Below, in pieces: positions 1-10,178 of a stretch of DNA of 64,000 nt. Within the stretch, counting starts at the first letter, position 1; each line of letters begins with the position of its first letter. A program made the translations under genes and the position numbers. Source of the stretch: Clostridia bacterium (GTDB taxonomy: Bacteria > Bacillota > Limnochordia > DTU080 > RSA5); NCBI GenBank assembly GCA_002919235.1, contig PKEX01000008.1:138530-202529 (forward strand), given 5' to 3'. Below the pieces are notes generated by a model, which saw nothing but the letters and a program-made list of their open reading frames with translations, did no database searches and was not told the DNA's origin.

Positions 1-2455
1 GGTCCCCGCGGTCTGCCGCCTGCTGGATGCACTCCCGGAGCCGGGACCAGTCGCCCCCGAAGGAGGCCTCGAGCCTTTCGCACTCCTGGAGGGCCTGCTG
101 CAGCTGCTGCCAGGCGGCGCCCCGGCCGCCTCCCGCAAGCCGCTCCCACTCGGCGGTGAGCCGGGTGATCTCCTCTGCGATCCGGTCGTGGGTCTTCGCC
201 CGTTCCAATAGCGAGCGGCGCTGATCGAGGAGCTGCTCCACCTCGTCCACCAGCTCGCCGAAGCCAGGGCCGGGCGGGCCGGCCCGGAGCAGCTCCAGCG
301 CGGCTTGGGCCCGGGCCCAGACGCCCTTGAGCCCAGTGACGCCGGCCAGGGACACCCGCTCTACTTGGCCCGGTTCGACCCCGTCCAGGCCCCACGACGC
401 GAGCGTCCGTTTCAGCTCTTGGGAGAGCCGTTCTTCTTCCTCCGCCAGCCTCCGGAAGGCCTCCAGAGCCTTCTGGAAATCGTCGAACGCCTCCTTGGGC
501 CCGGCCACCGCCTCTTCCAGGGCCTGCAGGGCTTTCCGGCTCTTTGACGCCTCCTCCTCGAGGCGGCGAAGCTCCTCGTCGGCGGGGGCTACGGCATAGA
601 CGGTGTCGAGCATCCGAGCGGATTCGACGTACCGCTCCATCTCGTCCAAGAGCCGGTCGAGCTCCGCCGCCCCTTGCGGGCATCCCGCGGGAAGCTCTCT
701 CGCCGCCCGCTCCCGCTCCTTTCGCAGCGCGGCCAGCTCGTCCTCAAGCCGCTTCACCTGGGCCCGCCAGCTTCGAAACGGCGGCACGAAACGGGTGAGC
801 AGGATGGGCAGGATCGTCGCGATCGCGCCCAGCAGAGACAGGGGCCCCCACCGCTCAGGCCCCTCCCTGCCGAACCCCGAGAGCACCAGGACGGCTCCGG
901 CTGCTGCGACCGCCAGCGCGGCCCACTGCACGGGAGCCAGCCTCCGCCGCATCTCTGCCCGGCGGGCCTCCTTGGCCTCGATCTCGCCCACGACCTTCCG
1001 GAAGGCCTGAAGGGCTTCCCGGAAAGGCACGAAGGGAGCAGAACCGGCAAAGCGCTCCATCAGCCGCCGCCGGGCCTCCTCCGCCTCGCTCCGGGCGCTT
1101 CGCGCCCGCGCCAGCTCCTCTTCGGCCCGCTCCGCCTCTGCGAGCAGCTCCGCGCGCCGCGCTTCGTACGACTCCACCAGGTCGAGCCCGGCGGGAGACA
1201 GCTCGTCAAAGACGGCGAAGCGTCCCCGCCGCTCCTCCCGGATGCGTTCCAGGCTCCCCCGGAGGTTCAGGAACTCCCGCCACGCCAGGGCCGCCTCTTC
1301 CAGGTCGTCCAGGGCCCGGCGGGTCCAGGACAAAGCCGTTTCACCCTCAAGCCCGGGCAGCTTCAGGGCCTCCAGCTCCTCTTTGAGGCCCTCAGCCCGC
1401 CTGCGAAGCTCTCTCGCCTCCTCGAAGAGGCGTTCTGCCTCGGCCAGGTGGGCCAAGAGGTCTTCCAGCCGCTCGAGCCCTTCGCCGAACTCGGCGGGCG
1501 CTGCGGCCAGCTCCGGGAAGCCCGCCAGGCGCTCCTCCGCCCGGGCCACCTGCTTCTCCCGCTCGCGGCAGCTTTCGCGCCCCCGCTTCAGCCGGTTCAC
1601 TTCGGCGGCGCTCTCCCGCACGGCTTCCCGGTGCCGCCGCCACTGCTCGAAGGCCGCCAGGCTGTTCCGGGTCGTCGCCAGCCTCGCCTTGAGCTGTTCC
1701 AGGTCGGCGGAGAGCTGTGCCGATTCCTCCTGCATCGCCCGCAGCTCTTCCACGGCCTTCTGGCTCGCGGCGACGGCTTGCTGGAGCTCTGCGATCTGCC
1801 TTTCGATCTCTTCCAGCCGGCCGTCCTTCTGCCCGTCCCGGGGCGTGAGTCCCCGCTGGCCGGTGCGGCGGGTGAGCTCTTTGGCGCGCTCGGCCAGGCG
1901 CTTCAGCGCTTCCGTGTGGCTGCCGCGCGCGCCCGCCCCCGCGAGCAGCGACTGCAGCTCCGCGCTGAGCTTCTCCGGCTGCGGCAGAGGCTGGATCACG
2001 GAGAACGTGTGGTGAAACAGCTCGCGGGAAGTGTGTTGAAAAAGCGAGGCGAGCCACTGCACGTACCTGGGGTTTTGCTTGCGGCCGGCCGGGTTGTGCT
2101 CGCCCACCGCCTCATCGAGCCAGCCGCCGTCCGTCCAGCGGCTGAGCCGGATACGGTGGGTGTCGAAATCGCGCGCGATGCGGTAGCGGACACCGCCGGC
2201 GTCAAGAATCATTTCCCCCAGGCAGCGAGGGGGGCCGTCCCAGCTGCGAAAACGGCCCAAGCCGAAGGCGGCGGGGTCCTGCACGGCCGGAAGGCCGAAG
2301 AGGATGGCGCTCATGGCCGCGGCCAGCGTCGACTTCCCCGCTTCGTTGGGCGCAGCCAGGACGCCGAGCCCCGGCGGGAAATCGAACGCCGTCTCATCCC
2401 GGTAGGGACCGAACCCCACCAGGGTCACTCGCTCGATCACCAAGGGGCGGCTCAT
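1..2455 (-). CDS. SbcC-like AAA ATPase with coiled-coil arms and an internal transmembrane segment (YhaN-like). The C-terminus runs off the window start.
   Basis: Direct translation of the minus strand from the ATG at 2455 gives MSRPLVIERVTLVGFGPY...NEAGKST (Walker A), then long Glu/Arg/Leu coiled coils and a hydrophobic stretch (AALAVAAAGAVLVLSGF...ILPILL). The frame is open to position 1. Its ATG overlaps the stop of the upstream nuclease gene (ATGA). Confidence 0.75.
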   Translation of the reverse strand, partial: MSRPLVIERVTLVGFGPYRDETAFDFPPGLGVLAAPNEAGKSTLAAAMSAILFGLPAVQDPAAFGLGRFRSWDGPPRCLGEMILDAGGVRYRIARDFDTHRIRLSRWTDGGWLDEAVGEHNPAGRKQNPRYVQWLASLFQHTSRELFHHTFSVIQPLPQPEKLSAELQSLLAGAGARGSHTEALKRLAERAKELTRRTGQRGLTPRDGQKDGRLEEIERQIAELQQAVAASQKAVEELRAMQEESAQLSADLEQLKARLATTRNSLAAFEQWRRHREAVRESAAEVNRLKRGRESCREREKQVARAEERLAGFPELAAAPAEFGEGLERLEDLLAHLAEAERLFEEARELRRRAEGLKEELEALKLPGLEGETALSWTRRALDDLEEAALAWREFLNLRGSLERIREERRGRFAVFDELSPAGLDLVESYEARRAELLAEAERAEEELARARSARSEAEEARRRLMERFAGSAPFVPFREALQAFRKVVGEIEAKEARRAEMRRRLAPVQWAALAVAAAGAVLVLSGFGREGPERWGPLSLLGAIATILPILLTRFVPPFRSWRAQVKRLEDELAALRKERERAARELPAGCPQGAAELDRLLDEMERYVESARMLDTVYAVAPADEELRRLEEEASKSRKALQALEEAVAGPKEAFDDFQKALEAFRRLAEEEERLSQELKRTLASWGLDGVEPGQVERVSLAGVTGLKGVWARAQAALELLRAGPPGPGFGELVDEVEQLLDQRRSLLERAKTHDRIAEEITRLTAEWERLAGGGRGAAWQQLQQALQECERLEASFGGDWSRLRECIQQAADRGD

Positions 2456-3567
2456 CCGGAAGGCCCCTCCCATCCCATCGCTTCCAGTCCCCGCACCAGC
2501 GCCCGGCGGATCGTCCTCTCCTCGCCGGGCGCCGCGCGGCGAAGCCGCTCCAGCATCCTCTGCACGAAGGCACCCCGCACCGTGGGCTCGCGGGCCAGCG
2601 CTTCGATGAGCTCGTCCGCCAGGCCGCGGGTCTCGTCGACTACCTCGAGGTAAAACGCCCGTCCCGCCAGGGCCGCTTTCACTCTCTCCGGGTGGACGGG
2701 ATACGCCGGGGTGCCGGAAAGGGTCAGGCGGACGGCCGCGCCCTCCGGCACCAGGCCGCGCGCGTCCTCCTCCAGCTGGGCCAGGCTCTCGTACCCGCCC
2801 GCGTCCAGCTCGACGGAGACCAGAGGCCGCACCCCGTCCGCCGGCTCGCGGCGAACGACGGCCCCCTGCTCGTCCACCTCCGCCACCACGTAATGGCCGG
2901 TGCCCGGGTCGTCGAAGTCTTTTCCGTCGATGATCCCGGCGTAGACCACCGGCCGCTCGCGGCCCCGGACTTCGTGCCGGTGGATGTGACCCAGGGCCGC
3001 GTAGTGATAGCCCGCAGCCTCCAGCGCTCGCCCGTCGATGGGAAGGCTCCGTTCCCGCCCCCAGTCCAGGGAGCCGTGCAGCAGGGCGATGTGGATCCCC
3101 GCGCCGTCGGGAGGCGGGAAGTGAGCCAGCGGCCGGTCGGCCCGGGTGACACCGGACGTGTACGCCAGGGAGTAAATGGAGACCTCATGGCCCCGGCACG
3201 TGAGCGTCACCGCCCGGTCCATGTGGGGGTTGGTGACCAGCCTGCCGGGCCACCGGCCCTGCTCCGTGCGGTAGACCGAATCGTGGTAGCTGATCTCGTC
3301 GTGGTTGCCCGGAAGCGTGACTACCGGAATTCCCGCGCCCTCCAGCCGCTCCAGCTGGCGGATGACCTCGTTCACCAGGGAAGCCGGCGGGCGGTGGGTT
3401 TCAAAGAGATCCCCCGCGATGAGGACCAGGTCGACGCCGTGCGCCAGCGCCCAGTCGACGGCGGCGGAAAGCCGCATGTCCCTTTCCCTGCGCCGGCTTT
3501 CCGCCGCCTCCTTCCACGGGGGCAGGTACCCGAGATGCAGATCGGCCAGGTGCAAGATGCGGATCAA
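2452..3567 (-). CDS. SbcD/Mre11-like metallophosphoesterase nuclease (YhaO-like)
   Basis: Calcineurin-like motifs ILHLADLHLG, LVLIAGDLFE and GNHDE are present. TTG start at 3567 sits 7 nt after GGAGG. 4-nt overlap with the downstream ATPase gene. Confidence 0.75.
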   Translation of the reverse strand: MIRILHLADLHLGYLPPWKEAAESRRRERDMRLSAAVDWALAHGVDLVLIAGDLFETHRPPASLVNEVIRQLERLEGAGIPVVTLPGNHDEISYHDSVYRTEQGRWPGRLVTNPHMDRAVTLTCRGHEVSIYSLAYTSGVTRADRPLAHFPPPDGAGIHIALLHGSLDWGRERSLPIDGRALEAAGYHYAALGHIHRHEVRGRERPVVYAGIIDGKDFDDPGTGHYVVAEVDEQGAVVRREPADGVRPLVSVELDAGGYESLAQLEEDARGLVPEGAAVRLTLSGTPAYPVHPERVKAALAGRAFYLEVVDETRGLADELIEALAREPTVRGAFVQRMLERLRRAAPGEERTIRRALVRGLEAMGWEGPSG

Positions 3568-3750
3568 GAGCAGCGCCTCCCCTGGCACACTAGATTCGCT
3601 TCGCCGGGGGCGATGCCTCCCGCCCTGGCCGGAGCGGGAGACCGGGAAAAAGGAGGAGCCGGAGCGCCGGAGCGGAAGATGGAGACGCCCGGGAGGCGGC
3701 CTGGGAAGAGGCCGTCCCCGGGACGACCGGGACAGAGGAGGCAGGATGCC

Positions 3751-4050
3751 GTGGAAAGCCGGGGCGAACCCGTCGCCATCACCCATGTTGAGGAGCGGGT
3801 GGTTCCCGACAACTCCTTCGACCAGGCCTACGCGATCTACCTCGGGCTTTCGTACGAACCCCCGCTCTTGTGGCAGGAGGCGTTTCACCGGCTGATGGCG
3901 CGCGAGCCCGAGCCGCGCATCACCAGCTTCGTCGGTCCCAAACTGCGGGTGGTGGTGGGCCCAAAGGACAACCTGGAATCCGTGCTGCGCCAGGTGGCCC
4001 ACGTGGTGCGCAAGACCAACCTGGAGCTGGACTTGGTGGACGAAATGTAA
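3751..4050 (+). CDS. Hypothetical small protein (99 aa)
   Basis: GC3 is about 88% in this frame only. GTG start at 3751 lies 9 nt after GAGGAGG. A GC-rich hairpin follows the stop. Divergent from the nuclease gene. Confidence 0.5.
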   Translation: MESRGEPVAITHVEERVVPDNSFDQAYAIYLGLSYEPPLLWQEAFHRLMAREPEPRITSFVGPKLRVVVGPKDNLESVLRQVAHVVRKTNLELDLVDEM

Positions 4051-4051
4051 G

Positions 4052-4080
4052 CGCCCGCCGGCACCGGCGGCCGGCGGGCG
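4052..4080. terminator. GC-rich hairpin (CGCCCGCCGGC...GCCGGCGGGCG) between convergent genes
   Basis: Perfect 11-bp inverted repeat seen directly. It lies between the stop of the small + gene and the stop of the moeB-like gene. Confidence 0.45.
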
Positions 4081-4129
4081 ATCGTCTTGCACCTCCGAGA
4101 CCGGGCCGCGCGCTTGCGCCCGGGAAGCC

Positions 4130-5341
4130 TCAGCCTCGCTCGATGGGCAGCTTCTGGTTGATCCAGGCCACCATCCCGCCCGTGAGGTTGTAGGCTTTAT
4201 CGAAGCCGCGCTTTCGCAGCTCGATGGTGATCTTGGCGCTGCGCTCGCCGCTCAGGCAGACCACGATGGTCTCCTTGGCGGGATCCAGTTCCGAAAGGCG
4301 GTCCAAGGTCTCCCCCATGGGGATCAGCTTCACCCCGGGAATGCGGAACATCTTATACTCCTGGGGTTCCCGCACGTCGAGCCACTGCACGTCGGGCGAG
4401 CCCACCCGGTCCTTCACTTCGGTGACCTCCCGGACCCACCCCTTCGCCTGCACCACCTGCTGGGGCGGGCCGGCCAGCTCGCCGGCAGGCTCCTGGGTGC
4501 GGGGCGGCAGGCCGCAGAACTCCTCGTAGTCGATGAGCTCCGTGATGGTGGGGTGGTCGCCGCACACGGGGCAGTTGGGGTCCCGGCGCCAGCGGACGGT
4601 GCGGTACTCGCCGCTCAGCGCATCGAAGAGGAGCATCCGGCTGGCGAGCGGTTTGCCGATGCCCAGCAGCACCTTCACCGCTTCGATCACCTGAAGCGTC
4701 CCCATATGGCCCGCCAGCGCGCCGATGATGCCCGCCTGGGCGCAGTTGGGCACCATGCCCGGCGGAGGCGGCTCGGGGTATAGGCAGCGGTAGCAGCCCT
4801 GACCGGGCAGGAAGACGGTGGCCTGCCCTTCAAAGCGGAGGATGCTCGCGTCGATCAGCGGCTTCTTCAACAACACGCAGGCGTCGTTCACCAAGTAGCG
4901 GGTGGCGAAGTTGTCGCAGCCGTTGATCACCAGGTCGTAATCGCGGATGATCTCCAGGGCGTTGCTGGAATCCAGGTAGACCGGGTGCTCGATCACCCGC
5001 ACGTCAGGGTTCAGCGCCTCCAGGTGCTCCTTGGCCGACTGGGTCTTGGGCCGGTTCACGTCCCGGTTGAAGTGGAGCACCTGCCTGTGAAGGTTTGAAA
5101 GGTCGACCCGGTCCGCGTCGATGATCCCGATGGTGCCCACGCCCGCGGCGGCCAGATAGATGCTGGAGGGCGATCCCAGGCCGCCGGCGCCCACCACCAG
5201 CACTTTGGAGTCCAGCAGCTTGCGCTGGTTTTCGATGCCGACTTCACTCAGGATGATCTGACGGGAATAGCGGGTCAGCTGCTCCTGGGTGAGGAGCCCG
5301 CCGCCGGCTGCCGTCCTGCTGCTCACATCAGCCGTCGCCAT
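4130..5341 (-). CDS. MoeB/ThiF-family adenylyltransferase with C-terminal rhodanese domain (MoeZ-type)
   Basis: SRQIIL, the nucleotide-binding GAGGLGS motif and CxxC motifs (CYRC, CPVC), then a C-terminal rhodanese-like tail (VVCLSGERSAKI). Confidence 0.85.
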   Translation of the reverse strand: MATADVSSRTAAGGGLLTQEQLTRYSRQIILSEVGIENQRKLLDSKVLVVGAGGLGSPSSIYLAAAGVGTIGIIDADRVDLSNLHRQVLHFNRDVNRPKTQSAKEHLEALNPDVRVIEHPVYLDSSNALEIIRDYDLVINGCDNFATRYLVNDACVLLKKPLIDASILRFEGQATVFLPGQGCYRCLYPEPPPPGMVPNCAQAGIIGALAGHMGTLQVIEAVKVLLGIGKPLASRMLLFDALSGEYRTVRWRRDPNCPVCGDHPTITELIDYEEFCGLPPRTQEPAGELAGPPQQVVQAKGWVREVTEVKDRVGSPDVQWLDVREPQEYKMFRIPGVKLIPMGETLDRLSELDPAKETIVVCLSGERSAKITIELRKRGFDKAYNLTGGMVAWINQKLPIERG

Positions 5342-5373
5342 GCCGTCCTGCCCCTTTCCGAGAGAATCGAAAG

Positions 5374-5628
5374 TTAAAGGCGCCTGAGATAAAGGCGGAA
5401 AAGCCCGTCCTCCTGCACCACGCCCAGCGCTTGCGCAAGGCCGCCCGTCTCGACGGCCAGCCGGACGTTGGCCGTCGCCGGCTCAAGGTCGGTGATCAAG
5501 ACGACCACGTCGCCCGCCTGAACCGCCCCCAGGGCCTCCATCGCCTTCAGCACCGGACCCGGGCAGAGCTCCCCGCGGCAGTCCACCTCCCGGGCAGCCG
5601 GGAGCTGTCTCAACTCCGCGTCCGTCAC
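5374..5628 (-). CDS. TusA-like sulfurtransferase (SirA/YedF/YeeD family)
   Basis: CPGP motif (DCRGELCPGPVLKAME). GTG start at 5628 lies 6 nt after GGGGGAG. Only 32 nt upstream of the moeB-like gene on the same strand. Confidence 0.75.
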   Translation of the reverse strand: MTDAELRQLPAAREVDCRGELCPGPVLKAMEALGAVQAGDVVVLITDLEPATANVRLAVETGGLAQALGVVQEDGLFRLYLRRL

Positions 5629-5744
5629 GACGCTCTCCCCCTCTCCCGGGCCGCGCCGGCCCGGCGGGGCGGCGCACGGCCTCCCCCGTTCCCGGGCTGC
5701 CCGCGGCCGGAGGATTTCCGCTAATTCGGATTGGTTTTGTATAT

Positions 5745-5750
5745 TATAAT
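5745..5750. promoter_or_regulatory. AT-rich island (TTGTATATTATAAT) with a perfect TATAAT in the divergent tusA/fumC intergenic region
   Basis: It is the only AT-rich block within about 300 bp of otherwise 70% GC sequence. It could serve either divergent gene. Confidence 0.3.
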
Positions 5751-5934
5751 CCCTCCCGCCGGATCGCGCAAGGACCGCGCCGCGGGCGAAACGCCGAAGG
5801 GGAGTTCCCCCGCGGCTGCGAATACAAGAGCCGGTAAAGGTTCTACTATAGCACCGCGCGCCGGCAGACCCGAGGCGCCGGCCGGGCCGGCGCAGGACCG
5901 GCATGGGGCGCAAGTGGGAAAGGAGCATCAGCAG

Positions 5935-7329
<1,395 letters not shown>

Positions 7330-7381
7330 GAGCCGGCCGGATCCTTCGCGGCGTTGACGGCCGCAGGCAAACGAGAAAGAG

Positions 7382-7408
7382 ACGCCCCCGGCGCAGCGCC
7401 GGGGGCGT
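7382..7408. terminator. Bidirectional intrinsic terminator (ACGCCCCCGGCGC/GCGCCGGGGGCGT hairpin)
   Basis: Perfect 13-bp stem flanked by A-rich sequence on one side and T-rich on the other. It sits between convergent fumC and the PAP2-GDPD gene. Confidence 0.6.
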
Positions 7409-7423
7409 TGTCTTCCTTGCCGC

Positions 7424-9244
7424 TCACATCCCGGAGATCAGGTCGGGGCGGTCGGTGACGATCCCGTGGACCCCCAGCGCGATGAGCCGCCTTGCCAGCG
7501 CCGGATCGTTGACGGTGAAGACGTATACGGGCCTTTCCATCCGGGAGGCCGCGCCCACCAGGCCCTGGGTGATGACGGTGATCCACCCATAATCGGGCGG
7601 CACGGAGAGGATGTCCCACGGGGGCGACGGCGAGAAGACCGTATCCAACCCCAGCCGCGCCAGGATCACGAAGCGGATGGCCTCTCCCTGGCTGGCCGTG
7701 GTGGGGACCTCGGGCATCACTTCGCGAAAGCGGGCCGCGACGGCGTCGTGAAACGTCCCCATGATCACCCGGCCCTGGGCCCCGGTGCGCCGGATCACCG
7801 CGGCCACCGCATCGGCGGCCTCCGGATCGGGCTCCTTGATCTCGATGAGAAACCGCGCCGCCGGGAACGCGGTCAAGGCCTCCTCCAGGGTGGGGACCGT
7901 CACTCCCCTTCCCCGGTAGGGATAGGTGACGCCGTCCGGCGTAAACCAGTAGCCGGCGTCGAGCGTCTTGATCTCCGCCAGCGTCATGTCGCGCACGTAG
8001 CCGCTCCCGCCGGTGGTCCGGTCCACGGTGGGGTCGTGCATCAGCACCAGGTGGCCGTCCCGTGTCCGGTGGACGTCGACTTCGATCACCTGGGCGCCCT
8101 CCAGGAGTCCTCTTTCGATGGCCACCAGCGTGTTCTCGGGCGCCAGGCCCGCCGCGCCCCGGTGCCCGATGACCAGGATGTCATGGCGCCCCAGCTCCGC
8201 GAGGATCGGCACGTACCGGGCGCTGGGCGGAGTGTGGGTCAGCGCCAGCACGCCCAGGGCCACGCTGATCGCGGCGGCGGCCATGAGCAAGCCCCGCAGG
8301 GGTCCCGCCAGGGACGGGCTGCCGTAAACCGGCCCCCAACCGGGGCGAACGGGGCTGTAGGGGCTCCACCACCGGCCGCTCCGACGCCTCGCCGAGGGCT
8401 CACTGGCCCGCGCGAGGCCCAAGCGGATGAAAAGCCACGGGGCCAGGACGGTGACCCACACGGCCATCACTGCATAGCCCAAAAACTCCGGAAAGCCTTC
8501 GGGAAGGTGACGATGGAGCAGGTAGAGCCCGCCCATCCCCGCAAGGCCCAGGACCATCTTGGCCGCCTGGCGCAGCACGCCGCCGCGGGGATCGTAGGGC
8601 AAGAGCTCCAGGGCGAAGACGCCGCTGGCCGCCACCCCCAAGAGCAGCCCCAGCGTCTGCACGGACGCGTCCGACTGGTACAGGGGATAGAGCGCCAGCG
8701 GCGCCGCGACGGCGAAGACGAACCGAAGGCCCCGCGGGAGCACCGCGATGACGCCCCAGCGCTCCAGCGCCGCGGCGACCACCACCAGGGCGAAGGCGAG
8801 CGCATATCCCCCCAGCACGTCCCCGAGGAAGTGCGCACCCAAGTACAGGCGGGAAAAGCCGATCAGGACGATGAGCGCCGCGGCTGCGCCCCAAAACGGC
8901 CGCGATCCCAACGCCCATGCCAGGTACCCCCAGAGGGTCGCCCCACCCTGGGCGTGGCCGGAAGGAAACGCGAAACTCTCCTCCCACACCAGGACCCGCA
9001 CGCCCTGCGCCGGGCTGGGCCGGGGCGACGCCACCAGCTCCTTGACCCAGCCGTTGAGCCACATGGAAAAGAGAAAGAGGATCGCAGTCCTATGACCGAT
9101 CCTCCGATCAACGCACCAGTAGACGAAGAGCAGGATCGCGACGTATGCATACTCGTGGCCCAGCTGGGTGACGGCGTAAAAGAACGTGTCCAGAAAAGGC
9201 GTCGAAAGCTTTTGAATCGCAATGAGCACTCCGGGATCCGTCAT
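7424..9244 (-). CDS. Membrane protein fusing an N-terminal PAP2 phosphatase domain to a C-terminal glycerophosphodiester phosphodiesterase (GDPD) domain
   Basis: N-terminus: KELVASPRP...PSGH (PAP2 motifs) followed by multiple hydrophobic helices. C-terminus: ILVIGHRGAAGLAPENTL...EVDVHRTRDGHLVLMHD (GDPD). One continuous 606-aa frame. Confidence 0.75.
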   Translation of the reverse strand: MTDPGVLIAIQKLSTPFLDTFFYAVTQLGHEYAYVAILLFVYWCVDRRIGHRTAILFLFSMWLNGWVKELVASPRPSPAQGVRVLVWEESFAFPSGHAQGGATLWGYLAWALGSRPFWGAAAALIVLIGFSRLYLGAHFLGDVLGGYALAFALVVVAAALERWGVIAVLPRGLRFVFAVAAPLALYPLYQSDASVQTLGLLLGVAASGVFALELLPYDPRGGVLRQAAKMVLGLAGMGGLYLLHRHLPEGFPEFLGYAVMAVWVTVLAPWLFIRLGLARASEPSARRRSGRWWSPYSPVRPGWGPVYGSPSLAGPLRGLLMAAAAISVALGVLALTHTPPSARYVPILAELGRHDILVIGHRGAAGLAPENTLVAIERGLLEGAQVIEVDVHRTRDGHLVLMHDPTVDRTTGGSGYVRDMTLAEIKTLDAGYWFTPDGVTYPYRGRGVTVPTLEEALTAFPAARFLIEIKEPDPEAADAVAAVIRRTGAQGRVIMGTFHDAVAARFREVMPEVPTTASQGEAIRFVILARLGLDTVFSPSPPWDILSVPPDYGWITVITQGLVGAASRMERPVYVFTVNDPALARRLIALGVHGIVTDRPDLISGM

Positions 9245-9256
9245 GATCCACCCCGC

Positions 9257-9793
9257 CTATCGCCAGCGGAAGGAGTTTACCGCCCGCAGCCAGTACTGGC
9301 GGATGTTTCCCGTGTAGTCCGACTCCTTCCCCACGAACATGAGGTACGCGGTGCGCCCGTCCCGGGTGAATGCTACCATGCGGATCATCGCGGACGACCC
9401 ATCCTGCATGGTCCCGGTCATCACCCAAAAGCGGGCCCGCAGCCCTTGGCTGGTGGTGATCTGCGTGTCTTCAGTCACCCTAGAGCTGCGCAAGGGGAGC
9501 GCCCAGGGCGCGCTGAGGGCCTGCCAAAGCCGCGCCGTGTCGGTGCCCGGCACCGTCCCGATGAAAAGGTGCGGCCCCCCGTCCCTAAGAGGGATCATCA
9601 CGTACGTATGGCCGCTCCACTCCTGATCTAAATAGTAGCTACGATTGGACGGCACCAGAACCTCGTAATTGGGCGTCCCTGACCAGTACCACCAGTATTG
9701 GGGATCGTCGTCATAGATGTAGAGTTCGCCGGCGGCCGCCGCGGCGCTCGCCGTCAGCATCAGGATCAACGCTGCGAGGATTCTCTTGGCCAT
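9257..9793 (-). CDS. Secreted hypothetical protein (signal peptide, Trp/Tyr-rich)
   Basis: MAKRILAALILMLTASAAAAAGE signal-like N-terminus. ATG at 9793 follows GGGAGAGAG. The gene stop is 13 nt upstream of the PAP2-GDPD start. Confidence 0.6.
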   Translation of the reverse strand: MAKRILAALILMLTASAAAAAGELYIYDDDPQYWWYWSGTPNYEVLVPSNRSYYLDQEWSGHTYVMIPLRDGGPHLFIGTVPGTDTARLWQALSAPWALPLRSSRVTEDTQITTSQGLRARFWVMTGTMQDGSSAMIRMVAFTRDGRTAYLMFVGKESDYTGNIRQYWLRAVNSFRWR

Positions 9794-9904
9794 CGCGTCT
9801 CTCTCTCCCACCCAGACCACTGGCTTCTCCTTGCTTCTTTCTTGCCCGCGAACCCAAGGACCTGCCTGGCGCCGCCATCCCTTCCTTTAACAGCACGGGG
9901 ATAG

Positions 9905-9910
9905 TATAAT
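9905..9910 (+). promoter_or_regulatory. Candidate -10 element (TAGTATAAT) upstream of the small zinc-ribbon gene
   Basis: TATAAT lies 38 nt upstream of the GTG at 9948. Confidence 0.3.
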
Positions 9911-9947
9911 GATACGCGGACGTGCTGGCCAAAGGAGGCATCCGTCA

Positions 9948-10172
9948 GTGAACATCCGCTGCGTCTGCGGCAACGAAACCATCATCAGCCCCGGCGGCAA
10001 TCCCGGCTACATCCTCCGAGACGACAAGTGGTTCGACAAGAAGAGCAACCAGCTCCGCTGCCCCAAGTGCAACAACACGGAGCTTCCCTTGGAGCTCATC
10101 GACGCGAGCGGGCCCATCAAGGTCCAGGTGGTCCCCGGCCGCACCATCGCGAAAAAAGGATTTTGGAGCTAG
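9948..10172 (+). CDS. Small zinc-ribbon protein (4 Cys: CxC ... CPKC), 74 aa
   Basis: GTG start 9 nt after AAAGGAGG. High GC3. Cys pairs lie at both ends of the protein. Confidence 0.6.
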   Translation: MNIRCVCGNETIISPGGNPGYILRDDKWFDKKSNQLRCPKCNNTELPLELIDASGPIKVQVVPGRTIAKKGFWS

Positions 10173-10178
10173 GGACTC

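Noticed and set aside
674-2653. 659-aa plus-strand ORF and several other long ORFs opposite real genes (e.g. 2692-4050 N-terminal part, 5374-7110, 7466-9631, 10690-12495, 12963-14504, 38137-40986, 45879-47474, 60468-62603)
   Set aside because: They are low-complexity Arg/Gly/Pro/Ala-rich translations with no domain motifs, and they lie antisense to genes with clear signatures. They are an expected artefact of about 70% GC (few stop codons). Only the GC3-biased 3' segment of 2692-4050 was kept as a small gene, and only the TusA-sized 3' segment of 5374-7110.
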